Positions 12,637-24,318 of a DNA stretch of 64,000 bases are shown here, piece by piece. The notes beneath the pieces are model-generated. The model searched no databases, had not been told where the DNA came from, and saw nothing but the letters and a program-made list of their open reading frames with translations. Both the position numbers and the translations under genes were made by a program. Source of the DNA: Marsupella aquatica (Eukaryota > Plantae > Marchantiophyta); NCBI GenBank assembly GCA_973895155.1, contig OZ316892.1, forward strand, positions 11,410,238 through 11,474,237, read 5' to 3'. The number at the start of each line of letters is the position of its first letter. Position 1 is the stretch's first letter.

Positions 12637-15600
12637 CACTAGAAGAATCCGAGGTGAACTGAGACCGCAATATGTGACTCATTTTGGCTGATGTGACTTC
12701 ATTGTGACTCAACGTGACTTGACCCACGCTGTGACCCTTGGAGTTGCAAAAGTTGAGACCAAAAAATGGAAGTCACTATTGATACTGGGCTTTGCAACTT
12801 GCTTGATACCCATTTGTGACTGATCTGTGACTTTCTTGTGGAGTCTAGCCTTGTTTCGACGTGACTGCAATATGACTTCAGCGAGTCACATCGTAAGTCA
12901 CATACATGACTTACCCGCATTCAACAACGACTAGCGTGTGACCATTTAGTGTCACAGGAGAGACCAATGGAGATCCTGGCCCGCGTCACACAACAGAACC
13001 ATTTGGGACTCTATATACTCATGTTTATAACTAATAAGGTTCACATGCAAGTTATAACCATGACTAATGAACACAGAGGGACAGTTCATAAGGAGAGAGA
13101 GAACTCGACATTACAATACATAGAAACCTGATGTTCTAACTTTAGAAATATAACACATTGAATACAAGAAATGAACATAGCATGAATGACATCCACATGA
13201 AACAAAGCATCATATAAGCAGATCCTACATAAAACATTCATAAGAATTAAACACAATCACAATCTTGCTAAAAAATGAAGATCATTTGAATTCCAATGGA
13301 ATAGTTTACAATGTGATCAATGTAATTCAGACAAAACAGGAACTCATAATTGATGACTGCAGGATGAGATAACTGAAAGCACATGCATGATACTATGAAT
13401 CTCCAAGAGGACATGATTCTTGTACTGCTTCTTGACATCTAAAATCTACATAACATGACTCACACTACAAACAAATAATGGCATGACATTGTTATGGATC
13501 CTCTATGAACTTGCTTGGCCATAATACCAAAGAACCTGCAGCATCTCCAAGTGTCTTTTGAGGAGGATCATCATTTGTGTTTGGAATGGGAAGGACAGCT
13601 TTAGGTTTCACTAGTAATGTGACTAACACTATTGAATAACCTGGGGGAATCCTCTTGCCATGGAACGTTGTGGAACCAACCTGCACTCTGCCAAATCCTA
13701 CTCGTGTTCCACTCTCATCAACAGCTAACAAGCCACTTTGTCCCTCAGCATTAGGTGCTTTCCCCACTTCCACCTTAGATCTTTCTGCCAGCACCGTTCT
13801 TGGAGGTTTGTATGAAACCTTTGACGTGGCTCTGCTCCCACCAACAGACTTGCTTCGTGTGCGCATGCTTCCTCTCTTCACAGTAGTGAAGCTAGGCTCA
13901 GTAGGTTCCTCTGTTAGGACTGTCACAGTAGCAGGTTCATCACCTAGGAGTGTCATACCAACTAACTCTTTGGTTGGATTTATCTCAACAAGAGGCACAC
14001 CTGTCATTGAGAATGATACATTCTGCAAATCATTTATCTCTGCAATGGAGTCAAGATCTACATAGCATGAATCTGGCTCAATGGTATCATTGTCATGCTT
14101 GCTGATATCCTCATTTGCCCCAACATTGATATCATCCACTCCCTTGCCAATGTCATCCTCATCCAAACATGGTTGACTGCCCTCTGTCAAACAAGTTGCT
14201 TGTACAGACTGCAACTTTGTTGCCTCTAAATTACAGCGAGTATTTGCCAGGTTCTCATACTTCTTCTCTGTAGCACCTGTCTTATTCTCTATGGACACAA
14301 CAACCACAATATATGTTACTGAAAATAACACATTCAACAAACAATGTCAATTCAAACTATACATTTAATAATCATATCCCACACAGTTGTAAAGGCCTTA
14401 CCTTCAAGCCTACATGTCGTTGGCATGCCAGAAGAGTGCATCGACTTTGCCACCTCAAGTGGTGATGGTGGAACTCCTGCAGAATTGGAATCAATTTTAT
14501 CTCTCACCGACACAACAGCTTCCATTAATGTCTTGAAGTTCAAATGGAACAAGTCAGTCAATGAATTCAAACGTTCATTGATCTCTGGAAGACATGTTTC
14601 GACAGCCTTCAAACGACCACTTATCTTTGTAAGTGAAGATCCACCTCCCTACATGACACAGGGGTATAGGTTCAATCACTCCATATGAAATGTTGGGCAA
14701 TATATGCACAATCAATGTTATATACAGTGTACACCTGAAATTCAACGCAGGTCATTCAATTACCAATCAGAACTCATATAACTTACATGCTTGGAGGATT
14801 CAGATGCACCCTCTTGAGCCCGGGTGTTCACAATTTCAGCCCTCAACTCTTCTTTTGAAGGGCTTTGCCCCAATTGGGCTTTCTGCACATGCATGGCAAA
14901 CACAAGTTATCGATCAATATTCAGGGAACGTACACTAAAAAACAAAGTTTACACGTATGGGTTTACACTAAAAAATAGTACATAGTGTAGCATAAATTAC
15001 ATAGCTAGGCCATTCATTCTTACCAAACGTTTAGCTGTCGGTGCAGTGCCGGTCCTTCCTGTCAGATTAGGGTTCTGAACACTCAACCTGGCCTCGGTCA
15101 TTTGTGAACTCTTCTTTTTCGAAGCATCTGTTACAAAATAAGCTACTAACCTTGCCCATACTTTATCATCACAACTGGCTGGTGGAGGCATATCTGGCTT
15201 CTCCCCACCTTCCTTCCAAGCCTTATGCATTCTCCACGTACCTCTCTTGCTTGATGATTTTACCTGCTGTACTCTCTAGGCAACCTATGTCCACGCCATC
15301 ATCACTGCCCACATAATTCCATTTGCCAGCAACATTTTCACATACAGTCTTCCAATCTTTTGGATGCTGTTTTTTAAAATTAATAACACTCACATCAAAC
15401 CAACGCAATACTTCAGCTTTCAAATCAGCATGCCATCGGTTCTTGCGAGGACACTCATCATCCACCCATTGTCTCTCATTCAACTTTACGTTCCCTTTCT
15501 TTGTCACCTCCCCTCGTGCACTGCTCTCGGTAGTACTGGGCGTTGTATTGGCCACCCCTTGATTCACCCTACCTGGGGTTCTGAAGCCACCTGGGAAAAT

Positions 15601-17400
15601 ACAATGCCATTCATGCTTGAGAACTACATACAGCAGAATGGATGATAGCCACATTCAATGCTTCACTTCAAGAAAAATTCTTCAAACTCACATACCTGTA
15701 GCTCTGCCTGTAGATGCCTGTGCAGGGACTGCACTCTAGAATTGTTGCGACCCTGGACCACCTGTCCAGCCTAGTACAGGGGCCGGATGATGTCACTTTC
15801 TAGGTATGTGTGTGCAAACAGATGTACTGAAAACTAAGTACAAACTGTAGGAAAACAACTGAACATTCACCGACATACCTGGCCCCCTTCCGTGCTGCAT
15901 CTGCATAGGGGCATTAGTGAATACTTGAGTCGATGGTTCGACTGTCCAACCTGCACACATACATTTTCTATCATTATACATGTGCAGAATCCCCCCCACG
16001 TGAATGGACTCCAGATATAATGAGTTATTCCATTGCTAACAAGATCAGATATTACCTGCCCCTCTTCCAGCGTTTGTAGGTACTGTATTTTGATATCCCT
16101 GCCAATTACCTTCACCACCTTCCCAACCTTGTTCATTCCACGACCCACCACCATCCTCCCAACTTGGTTCAACCCATGTCTGTCCTTGTGGACATTGGAA
16201 CTGATCATTACCAGCATTTGCCCATTCAGGTTGGGCAGAATCTGCATGCAATGGCAGGTGGACAGAATTTCATCTTGTCTGAATCCAATACATCCCAAAC
16301 AATGTCAAAAATTGATATGCAGTCTGAAATTCAGGAGTACCATGCCTTCACAAAGAACTGGCATATAGATATATACTCACATCCCCATGGTTGAGGTGGA
16401 CGTCCATACCCACGAGACTGTGGGTTTGGACCTGTTGTGGCTATGCTGACAGGCTTTTGCTCTTCTTTCCACTCCATGTAATCTTGGTATGCAGCTTCAA
16501 AGTCAACTTCTTTGGGGCCATGCTTCCACTGCAAAAGCGCTTTTTTCTGAGCCAAGTAATTCAAGGCATTTGAAATGAGAGCATCTTGAATAGTTTCAAA
16601 CTGCATCAGCTCAAGAGGTTGCACCTCCACATCCGGCCGGGGGAAAATGCATGGCAGAACACCACAATCTAGTTGAAGTGCCTGCAACTTGCGATCTCTA
16701 GGTAGAACTACCAGCAATTCTCGGATTGAAGCAACCCAGCAACATAGAATAGGAGTAATTACAGCAGCTGACACAGAGTCTTGCAACGTCTCATACACAT
16801 TGTCATCCAACAAGGATGACCAACCATTTGGCTGCCCTCCACGTATGTATACTTCCTTGATGACACGAATGAGCAATGATTTTGCAGGAACAAGTGGTTG
16901 ATCTGCAGCAACACCATACTTCTTCTTTAGCATTGTCTTCTTCCGCAACTTTGTCTGTCTCCATCGAAGTCGCACAGTAGATCAAAGCTAGTTCCAAGAG
17001 GCCTCATTGTTGTCCTTCCTCGCATTTGGCCCATGGCCCTTATGTTTCTTGGCAATCCGAGTGGAGAAGTCGGATTTTGAATACAACCAAGGTTGGCCCG
17101 CCTCCAATAATGTAGGTGGCAACTCCAATTTGTGTGTGACGTCCATGTGGGTTTGGAAACCAGCAAAGGAAGAGAATGACCAAGGCTTGTGAGCACCAGA
17201 ATGACCAAGGCTTGTGAGCACCAGCTATGCAGACAAACACATGCTTGCCTTCAGCATCAACACGATGTTGGAAGTGATTCTCTTCCTCTCCTACCTGAAT
17301 TTTTCTCATTCGTGGCGCCATGGAAACTGAGCTTGAACCCCCTTGAACCTTGGTTGGGCTCAAAATCAAACCCAACCTCTCCAGCCTATGACCTTGACAT
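12637..17400 (-). mobile_element. One-ended CACTA (En/Spm) fragment nested in the MULE
   Basis: CACTAGAAGAA terminus at 12637, then about 14 GTGAC/GTCAC subterminal motifs in both orientations to about 12990, then a TnpA-like gene. No matching TAGTG terminus is seen before the MULE right TIR, so the right boundary is arbitrary. Confidence 0.68.
13492..17321 (-). pseudogene. CACTA TnpA/ORF2-like gene (Transposase_24-like and TNP1-type C-terminal domains), multi-exon, disrupted
   Basis: PPASCDDKVWARLVAYFVTDASKKKSSQMTEARLSVQNPNLTGRTG fits the Ptta/En/Spm pattern. VGFGRV...FHGKRIPPGYSIVLV...LPIP...TLGDAAGSLVLWP fits the TNP1-type C-terminus. N-terminal zinc-finger-like FVCIAGAH...F.....FQTHMDVTH. 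Lesions: 25-bp duplication frameshift at 17173-17222, stops at 16982 and 16988, frameshift near 15235. Confidence 0.78.
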
Positions 17401-18498
17401 TTGTCCTATACTGCTTTGCACTCGTTAATGGATAGGATTCAACTGCCATATGGAAACAGTCCCTGCACTGTTATCCACGTAATATTGAAACTATACAGTG
17501 CCAGAACTGGAAGAGATGGATGTGATGGTGCTAAAAAATTGCAGAATGCAAGAGACATTCAGGTAATGGTATTCTGCGCATCAACATGATGCAAAAAAAA
17601 TGCAGGAAACAGTATGTTGGGCTACATTGACGGACAATCCTCCTTTGGAAGAAGCAAAGAGGGAGATACTCTCACCAAAACAAAACAACCCATCAATGTT
17701 TGCAACAAGAGCACAACAAGAGGCAATTTTGATGATAGCTGGACCAAACCAAGAAGAGAACAGGTTCAGATATAAGCAAAACTAGAACACACGGATGTCC
17801 TGGTATTCAAACAGGGCAGGAGAACTCATACTTAGGCAAAAAGAGCTGAAATCATACCTAATGCTTCGACCAAGAAACAAATACAGGCGGGTTCAAGTGG
17901 GATAGAGATTAATCCCTGTCGTGAAGTCCACTTTGCCTAAAGCTCGCAGGCAACTATGCAGCAGAACCGGAGTACACGGATTTCATGGTGACAAAAATGC
18001 ACAAGAACAAGGAGACTTTGCAAATGATCTTAACTAATCTAATGCAAATATGAACAATGTAGATTGAAGAACTTACGACGAGAAGGCAAAGATAATGCAG
18101 GAGACGTCATTCATGTTATGGTATGCATGATTAAACAGTTTCTTGGGCTACATTGGCGGGCGGACAATCCTCCATACCTTATTGAAGAACAGCAAAGGGA
18201 GACACTCTCACCAATCCAAAACCCACCAACAATCTGGTAGGCGCTACAATGTGAAAGAAATCTTGCAGAATGGGGTGAATGAACGCTACTCGATCCTAGC
18301 AGTGGGCCAAGACTCAGACCTCGCACTCTCCTTTGGCATCGATCAATGAAATGTGCACACAATCAAAGCATGAACCTCCCAAAAATCGCCAGCCGCCAGC
18401 AGCAAACGACGCCTCACCTCCATAAACCACGAAGACGCAGTCCCCTCTGTAAAACAACAAAAAACTATCGATCCCACCCTCGACAAATGACGGTCGCA

Positions 18499-18841
18499 CT
18501 TGACCCTAAACCGCACCCCGACAATGTGCGCCCTAAAACAGAAATTTTGTTGAAGACATAAACCATGATGTATTCACGCTCATAAGGGACCATAGTGCGA
18601 GAACGCAAAACCGCGTAGTTGCGGCCCGACTGCAGTGGAGTCACGTGGTTGACTGCGGGAGGCGACCCTGCATGGTGGCATGGCTCCCAACTGTGCAGTA
18701 AGGCCTTTACACGGGGGAAACTGCCTTACACGGGAGAAAAGGGTACGGGCCATAATGAGGGGGCTGATTGGGGCAAAAAAGTTTGGAGGGGGCTGATCAA
18801 GTAAAGTTTCTCCTGGAGGGGGTCTATTGAGCATATCCCTC
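18499..18841 (-). repeat. Right TIR of MULE (about 343 bp)
   Basis: Inverse of 2833-3153 with an extra 19-bp internal duplication at about 18716-18734. Followed immediately by the TSD. Confidence 0.93.
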
Positions 18842-19152
18842 TGAGAATGACCGAGAAGATTCCAGTATATGATTCATGATCGGTGGAGCTACAAGATTCC
18901 ATATTGCTGGTTGTAGGATTCATGACCCAGGTTCCAAGACTTGTTGACTCTTCTTTGCTTGCTCGTGAACAGCAAGGAGTGCTTGAAAAAGCAAAGGTCT
19001 CCTTTAAGGGAGTTGTCTTAAATAAATGCCTGAGGGTTTTTCTTTGGACAATTCCATACAATTCCCAACACGAGAGTACTTTGATTTCCTTCGAGTCATG
19101 ACCAATTTTGTAGAAAAATTAGTGTCAGGTCCAATACAGAGGCTTTTATTTT

Positions 19153-19455
19153 CAATTGGCTAGGGGATTTGCTGGAACTGAGAGGTCCCAGGTTCAATCC
19201 CTCCCTCCACACACTAGGATGTGGAGGGTATATGTGTGTGGGTGGGATGGGTTTTGTGGGTAGTGGATTGGAGATCTGATTATCTGCTCGGCCCCTGGTA
19301 GTTCACTTTGTGGCCCTGATTTAATCCTCTCTCCTTCCTGGTGCGGGTCCCTATCGGATCCGTTGGGGCTCACCCTGGTCTGGGTTCCCTACAGAAAAAC
19401 TGTCACATTGGGATGGGGGGAGTCTAATTGTATTTCCTCCCCATTTCCGTTCAAG
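19153..19455 (+). mobile_element. SINE-like retroposon, probably 5'-truncated, second family
   Basis: 17-bp TSD ACAGAGGCTTTTATTTT (19136-19152 and 19456-19472) and B box GGTTCAATCC at 19191-19200. No poly(A) tail. Confidence 0.72.
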
Positions 19456-19588
19456 ACAGAGGCTTTTATTTTGACAATTCTTTACAATTGTCAAGACGGA
19501 TCCCAAGACAGGAATATTTTATGTTGCTTTGAGTCATATGCATTTTTAAAATAGTAGTGTCAAGTCAAATAAGTATTGTCGAGTGCGT

Positions 19589-19786
19589 TCTCTCTATATA
19601 TAGCATGTTCATGACTATTTTGACTTATCCAAAAGAATTGAAAGAGTCATTATAAGAGTCCATGTGAGGAAAGAGTTCATGTGAGGATCTCTCTATATAG
19701 CATGTTCATGACTATTTTGACTTATCGAGAAGAATTGAAACAATGATTATAATAGTTCATGTGAGTAAAGAGTTCATGTGAGGAGA
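19589..19786. repeat. Two-copy tandem duplication, about 99 bp
   Basis: TCTCTCTATATAGCATGTTCATGACTATTTTGACTTATC...GAGTTCATGTGAGGA occurs at about 19589 and 19688. Confidence 0.8.
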
Positions 19787-19926
19787 CATTTTAATTTCAC
19801 TAGTTTATGAAAGGCAAGTATTGAAAGAATGATTATAAGAAAAGTTAATGAAAACTCCATACCTTTTTAAAAGTGAGAGGTACACTACTTTCTAAGTGAG
19901 ACAATTGCATTAATTGGAATGTACTA

Positions 19927-20987
19927 CTGTCTTCCCTGAACACCACGCCCGGGCGTTGTGTTCGAATATGGTCAAAACAGGGACTTTAGGCAAAAAAGAC
20001 GTTTTCACTCAAACAGAGCGCCATATTAACACAACGCCCGGGTGCTGTGTTCAAAATTGACTTTGTGTTTGAAAATGTGCACATTCAAGTGACTATAGGA
20101 GAAAGGTAACCGGGTTGCAACTACTATCCGTTACTTTAAAATCGTCTAACACATCTACTTTTTTAACTTACGAAATCCATTGTCCTTTGAGAAATGTAAG
20201 CTAATTTCAAAATCCTTCATTCTTGGAGAAGTGTGCGCTGTTTCCAAAATGTTGAGAGCAATCCGGAAGTATCTATATATCCTTCTACTATATGAACTTT
20301 TGACAAACTTTCACATCAACCTCTGACTGATGCCACGACGTCTCGTCAAAGAAACCCATAGTGCGGCCTACGTGCATAATTAGGTCTGACTACTCACTTC
20401 TCTATTTTCAATTTTCCATTGCCTTCAAGATCAAGGCACTCAAATAGAAACAAAGTAGTCTCACGTACATTCCACACTGCATGAAGAAAGATTAAATAAT
20501 TATAGAAATGAGCAAATTGGCCATAGTAAACCGAACAATTGTGAAAAGTGGACAAATATGTTTTACTAAGTGATAATAGTACACTTGGTATGTATGGTTT
20601 GTCAGGTTTTATTTTCTATTGCAAATTTGATTTCTCCCCGTGTGTAATTTCAGTGGTTCAATTATTTAGCTACACATCCTTTGAATGAGCAAATATTGTT
20701 GGGAAGTCAAAAAACCAAAACTTGAACACACTCCTCTCTAACACACATAACTTTTTGCATATCATTCCTTCTTACACTTTACATGCATCTCACAATGCCA
20801 ATCTTCAAGCACATTACCTTAGATTTGAACACAACGCCACATTTCAAACACAGTGTCACAAGGTCCAAAAAATGGAAACATTGATTTCAAACTCGAACAC
20901 AGCGCCCTGGGCGCTATATTCGAATAGAGCGCCCCTTGGCTCACTATTTGAATGTAGCGCCCGGGCCTTGTGTTTGGGGGAAGATGG
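19927..20987. mobile_element. Non-autonomous Tc1/mariner-pogo-type TIR element
   Basis: TA|CTGTCTTCCCTGAACACCACGCCCGGGCG ... CGCCCGGGCCTTGTGTTTGGGGGAAGATGG|TA: imperfect TIRs, TA flanks and internal AACACAACGCCC subrepeats. A homologue is at 46813-47545. Confidence 0.7.
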
Positions 20988-21984
20988 TAGTCAATGTACC
21001 TAGGTACAGTACTTTGTGATTCATAGAGGAGTACATTACCTTTGTTCCCTTTTAATTTTCTGTTCTATTGGGAGGGGCTCTTATTTGGGTGACAGCTGTT
21101 GATCCATAAACCATAAACCTTGTAAACTTTATAACCAGCGACATCTAAGCTCCACTGGATCAAATATTAAAATAGTCTTTGCATGGTTGAAGAGTCTGAC
21201 ATTCTCAGCAAGTGAATGGAATATAGGAAACTTAGGCACCTAATAAAAAACTAAGGAAATGAAAATATTAAAGGCGTTAGAAAAATGACTAAATTCTAAA
21301 TAATACATGGCAAAAGCATTGATTAGAGAAGATTGACATAAAAATACTTTGCAAGCAATTTGAATAAGACAAGATAGCAAAAGAGTGTCCTACCATATAG
21401 CAGCCTGTACACATTGGGTTCTATACATGTGCCTATTGGTTTTGTGTTTATGGTTTTGTCAACAGACATGCTTGGTGGACTGGACTCTCTGCTAGTAAAA
21501 GTTTCCTTGATCAGCCTCCACAACATGTTTTTTACCGGTCTACCTCATCTTAATGTGCCCTACAAGATGTTTATGTAAGTGGTCTTCAAAAGTGAGATTA
21601 TGGGATACAAGGATTATACTGGGTAAATAGTGACTAGCCCTTGAATCACAAACCCTGCTCAGTTTCACAATGATTGTGACCGGTTGCACCATAGGGCCTG
21701 CACAGTGGTCATTGTTGGGATGGGCCGCTCATTGGTCCAAACTATGAGATAAGGGTAATCACATGTGAAGACAGTCATTTGAATGCCTTCTGTTTTGTAA
21801 ACTAAAATTTATGTTTTTCTCCATTCGGTCTTTCAAAGATTCAAGGTTTTCCTAGTTCCTATATATGGGGTTTTCATGAGGCGTGTGTTCTGCAAGAGAC
21901 TCCATAGTGTGTGTGGGTTCTGCCACATTTGATAGTAGTGCTAGTACTAATGTCCAGAGTGAGGTGAGGACACTTTACTGATAT

Positions 21985-22420
21985 GCACATTGAGGTGAGA
22001 ACACAATGTCAATTGATGATTCTAGTCTTCATCTTTGGCATAGAGGGGGTGTCTGTGAGGTGAACATTTCTGATCACGACATGCAACCACCAAGCAGATG
22101 AAGCTGTAGCAATGACCACTTGACTTAGCTTAGACCAAAGTGACACAAGTTAGGGTAGAAACACAACAATTAGCAATTGCAAATTTACTTGAATTGAATA
22201 TATTGAAGTACGCAATGACATTGTACTCCAACAATTTTGAATTACTGAATTTTGGAATTTACTTGAAATGAAGATATTGAAATATGCAATGGCATTGTAC
22301 TCCAACAATTTTGAATTACTCAGTTTTGAAAGCCATGTGAATTCTCATGTGCAATGTGCCATCTACCCTCACTCGAGCTGCTTGGGTGAGCACAAACTAG
22401 TCTTGTTGAAGAAAATGCTA
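21985..22420 (+). mobile_element. Internally deleted relic of the same MULE family
   Basis: 21985-22105 resembles the transposase start 3578-3700 (TCTTTGGCxxxGAGGGGxTGTCTGTGAGGTGxACATT). 22170-22400 resembles 8423-8620 (AGCAATTGCAA...CATTGTACTCCAACAATTTTGA). Confidence 0.65.
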
Positions 22421-22707
22421 AGTTTGATCATATATCTGGGTTTCTCTATAGTAGTTCCTTTGAATACATTTTGATGCATGGTTGTAGAGAAACCTAAGTT
22501 GGGGTCTAGGCTTGGGGTCTAGGCTTTCTAGAGTGAAGCCTTTAGAAAGTAACCTAGTAGGGGTCCCACCAAATTTTTGTCCATGAAAAGAAGAATGTAT
22601 GTATCTCAAAAAGATGAACATCCCTAATGATTTTTGTCATCATGACTATTCACATTCAAAGAACAGGCACTTGTGGCCAACTCGCATGTAAGCGGCCCTA
22701 CCCTTTG

Positions 22708-23164
22708 TGTTGGGTATTTACTCTTACGTCTAGGTTAGGTATGACGTGGTTGGTACAACAACGTGGGTTGGTACAACTACGTGGTTAGGTACAACTACGT
22801 GATTAGGTACAACTATGTGGTTAGGTACAACTACGTGATTAGGTACAACTATGTGGTTAGGTACAACTACGTGATTAGGTACAACTATGTGGTTAGGTAC
22901 AACTAAGTTGCACACTATATCATAAGAGGCATGTGTGCTTGGAGAGGTAGAACCAAGGCTCATTGTTATGGAGCCACTTGAGAGATAGGGAGAGCTTACA
23001 CTGTGGAGACTCGGTATAGCCGACGGGCTTAGAGTTCAGTAAAGCTCTCTTGTGTGTTCCCGTGGACGTAGCCTCAAGGAGGTGAACCACGTATCTCTTG
23101 TGTCGACTATTGTGCGTTGGATGGTTCATGGGCTTGCCGTTGCGATCGTCGTCTATGCTCAACA
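22708..23164 (+). repeat. 5' LTR (457 bp) with 18-bp tandem repeats in U3
   Basis: TGTTGGGTATT...CTCAACA. Identical by eye to the 3' LTR except for two extra 18-bp units. Confidence 0.96.
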
Positions 23165-23166
23165 AT

Positions 23167-23178
23167 TGGTATCAGAGC
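23167..23178 (+). promoter_or_regulatory. Primer-binding site, tRNA-iMet
   Basis: TGGTATCAGAGC, 2 nt after the 5' LTR. Confidence 0.95.
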
Positions 23179-24318
23179 ATGCTTGGGAGGTGACGTGTGT
23201 TCGTGACGGGATTTCATGACGGTTTTTCCAGCGTTGAGTGTTGGTGGATTTTCCAGAGTTCCATCGCATGGAACTTGGAGTTTATGGGCTCAACGGATAG
23301 ATCAGGACAAGAGCTTTCTAACGGTGTGAAGAAATCGTTGAACGGAGCTCGTGGTGCAGAGAGATCTAAGTTTTCGTCGTTCTGGATTTTGTGAAGAAAG
23401 TTGGCAATCGACTCGGAGGGAGAAGCGTCAAGTGTTTTGACTCAACGGAGAGATTGAGGCAAGACGATTGTTTTTGAGTCCGGGATTGGCTCTTTGATGC
23501 AAAGAGGAAGGCTAAGCAAAATCAATTACCTTGTTGGACTTGGTGACGGCACCAAGTGCAATTGATCAACATTCGTTGTTGACAAGGTACCATTTTTTTC
23601 TCTTTGAAAAACTGATTCGAAATTGGCTATGGCAATTGAGAGAAATCTGTCATCTTTACCAATTTTTTTCTCCCTCGTTCTTTCCTCGTTTTGGGTGCTT
23701 CTTATATCGATCTTCATCGCCTCGGAGTCTAGTTTCCAAATCTGAAATCGGATCTTGATTTCGTCAAAACCTGAGTGAGATATCTTGCGTTTGGTGTCGA
23801 GGGGTACATTCTGCCATGTGTATTTTCTGCGCGCGCGACCAGATTTCGACGACGAAGGGTGGTAGGGGGTTTTGGGGGTTCGAGGACACATGTCAGCCCC
23901 TCGATTGTTCTTCCAAAATTCCCACAGGGCCTGTACAAGGGTCATAGAATATTCCAAAAAACCAGAGAGCTATTTTTTGACCGTCCGATAAAGATTTCAT
24001 CCGCCGAACGGTAACTTTTTTGGTTATTTTTCGGCGAGGTCGTAGCCATTGAAGTTGGCAATGCAGCGCACCAATCACATCGCAATTCCGACAACGGGTT
24101 GTACTTGGTATTTCGGTTATTCCCTGAGGTGGTCAAAACGGGGGAGTTTCCCAAGGTTTTACCCACCTCGACCGAAATTTGAATAACTTTTCCGTCAAAT
24201 TTTGATTTTGATTTTGGTTTTCAGTATTGGACTCCTAGCTTTGTGGGCTACGCGGCGATGTTGAGTTTCGAGTTTTTTGAGAAGTTGTGAAAAACAACAT
24301 TTTTTGTGACTTTCTCAT

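Larger units (their letters stand above)
2833..18841 (+). mobile_element. Full-length Mutator-like DNA transposon (MULE), 16.0 kb, with multiple accessory genes
   Basis: Long TIRs begin GAGGGATATGCTCAATAGACCCCC and end GGGGGTCTATTGAGCATATCCCTC. An exact 10-bp TSD TGAGAATGAC lies at 2823-2832 and 18842-18851. A MuDR-type transposase is inside. Confidence 0.95.

Noticed and set aside
16460-16560. DnaJ-like look of KKALLQWKHGPKEVDFEAAY
   Set aside because: No HPD motif and too short to call without a profile search.
22730-22963. VVPNH-repeat ORF (also 28840-29037)
   Set aside because: Antisense translation of the 18-bp LTR repeat.
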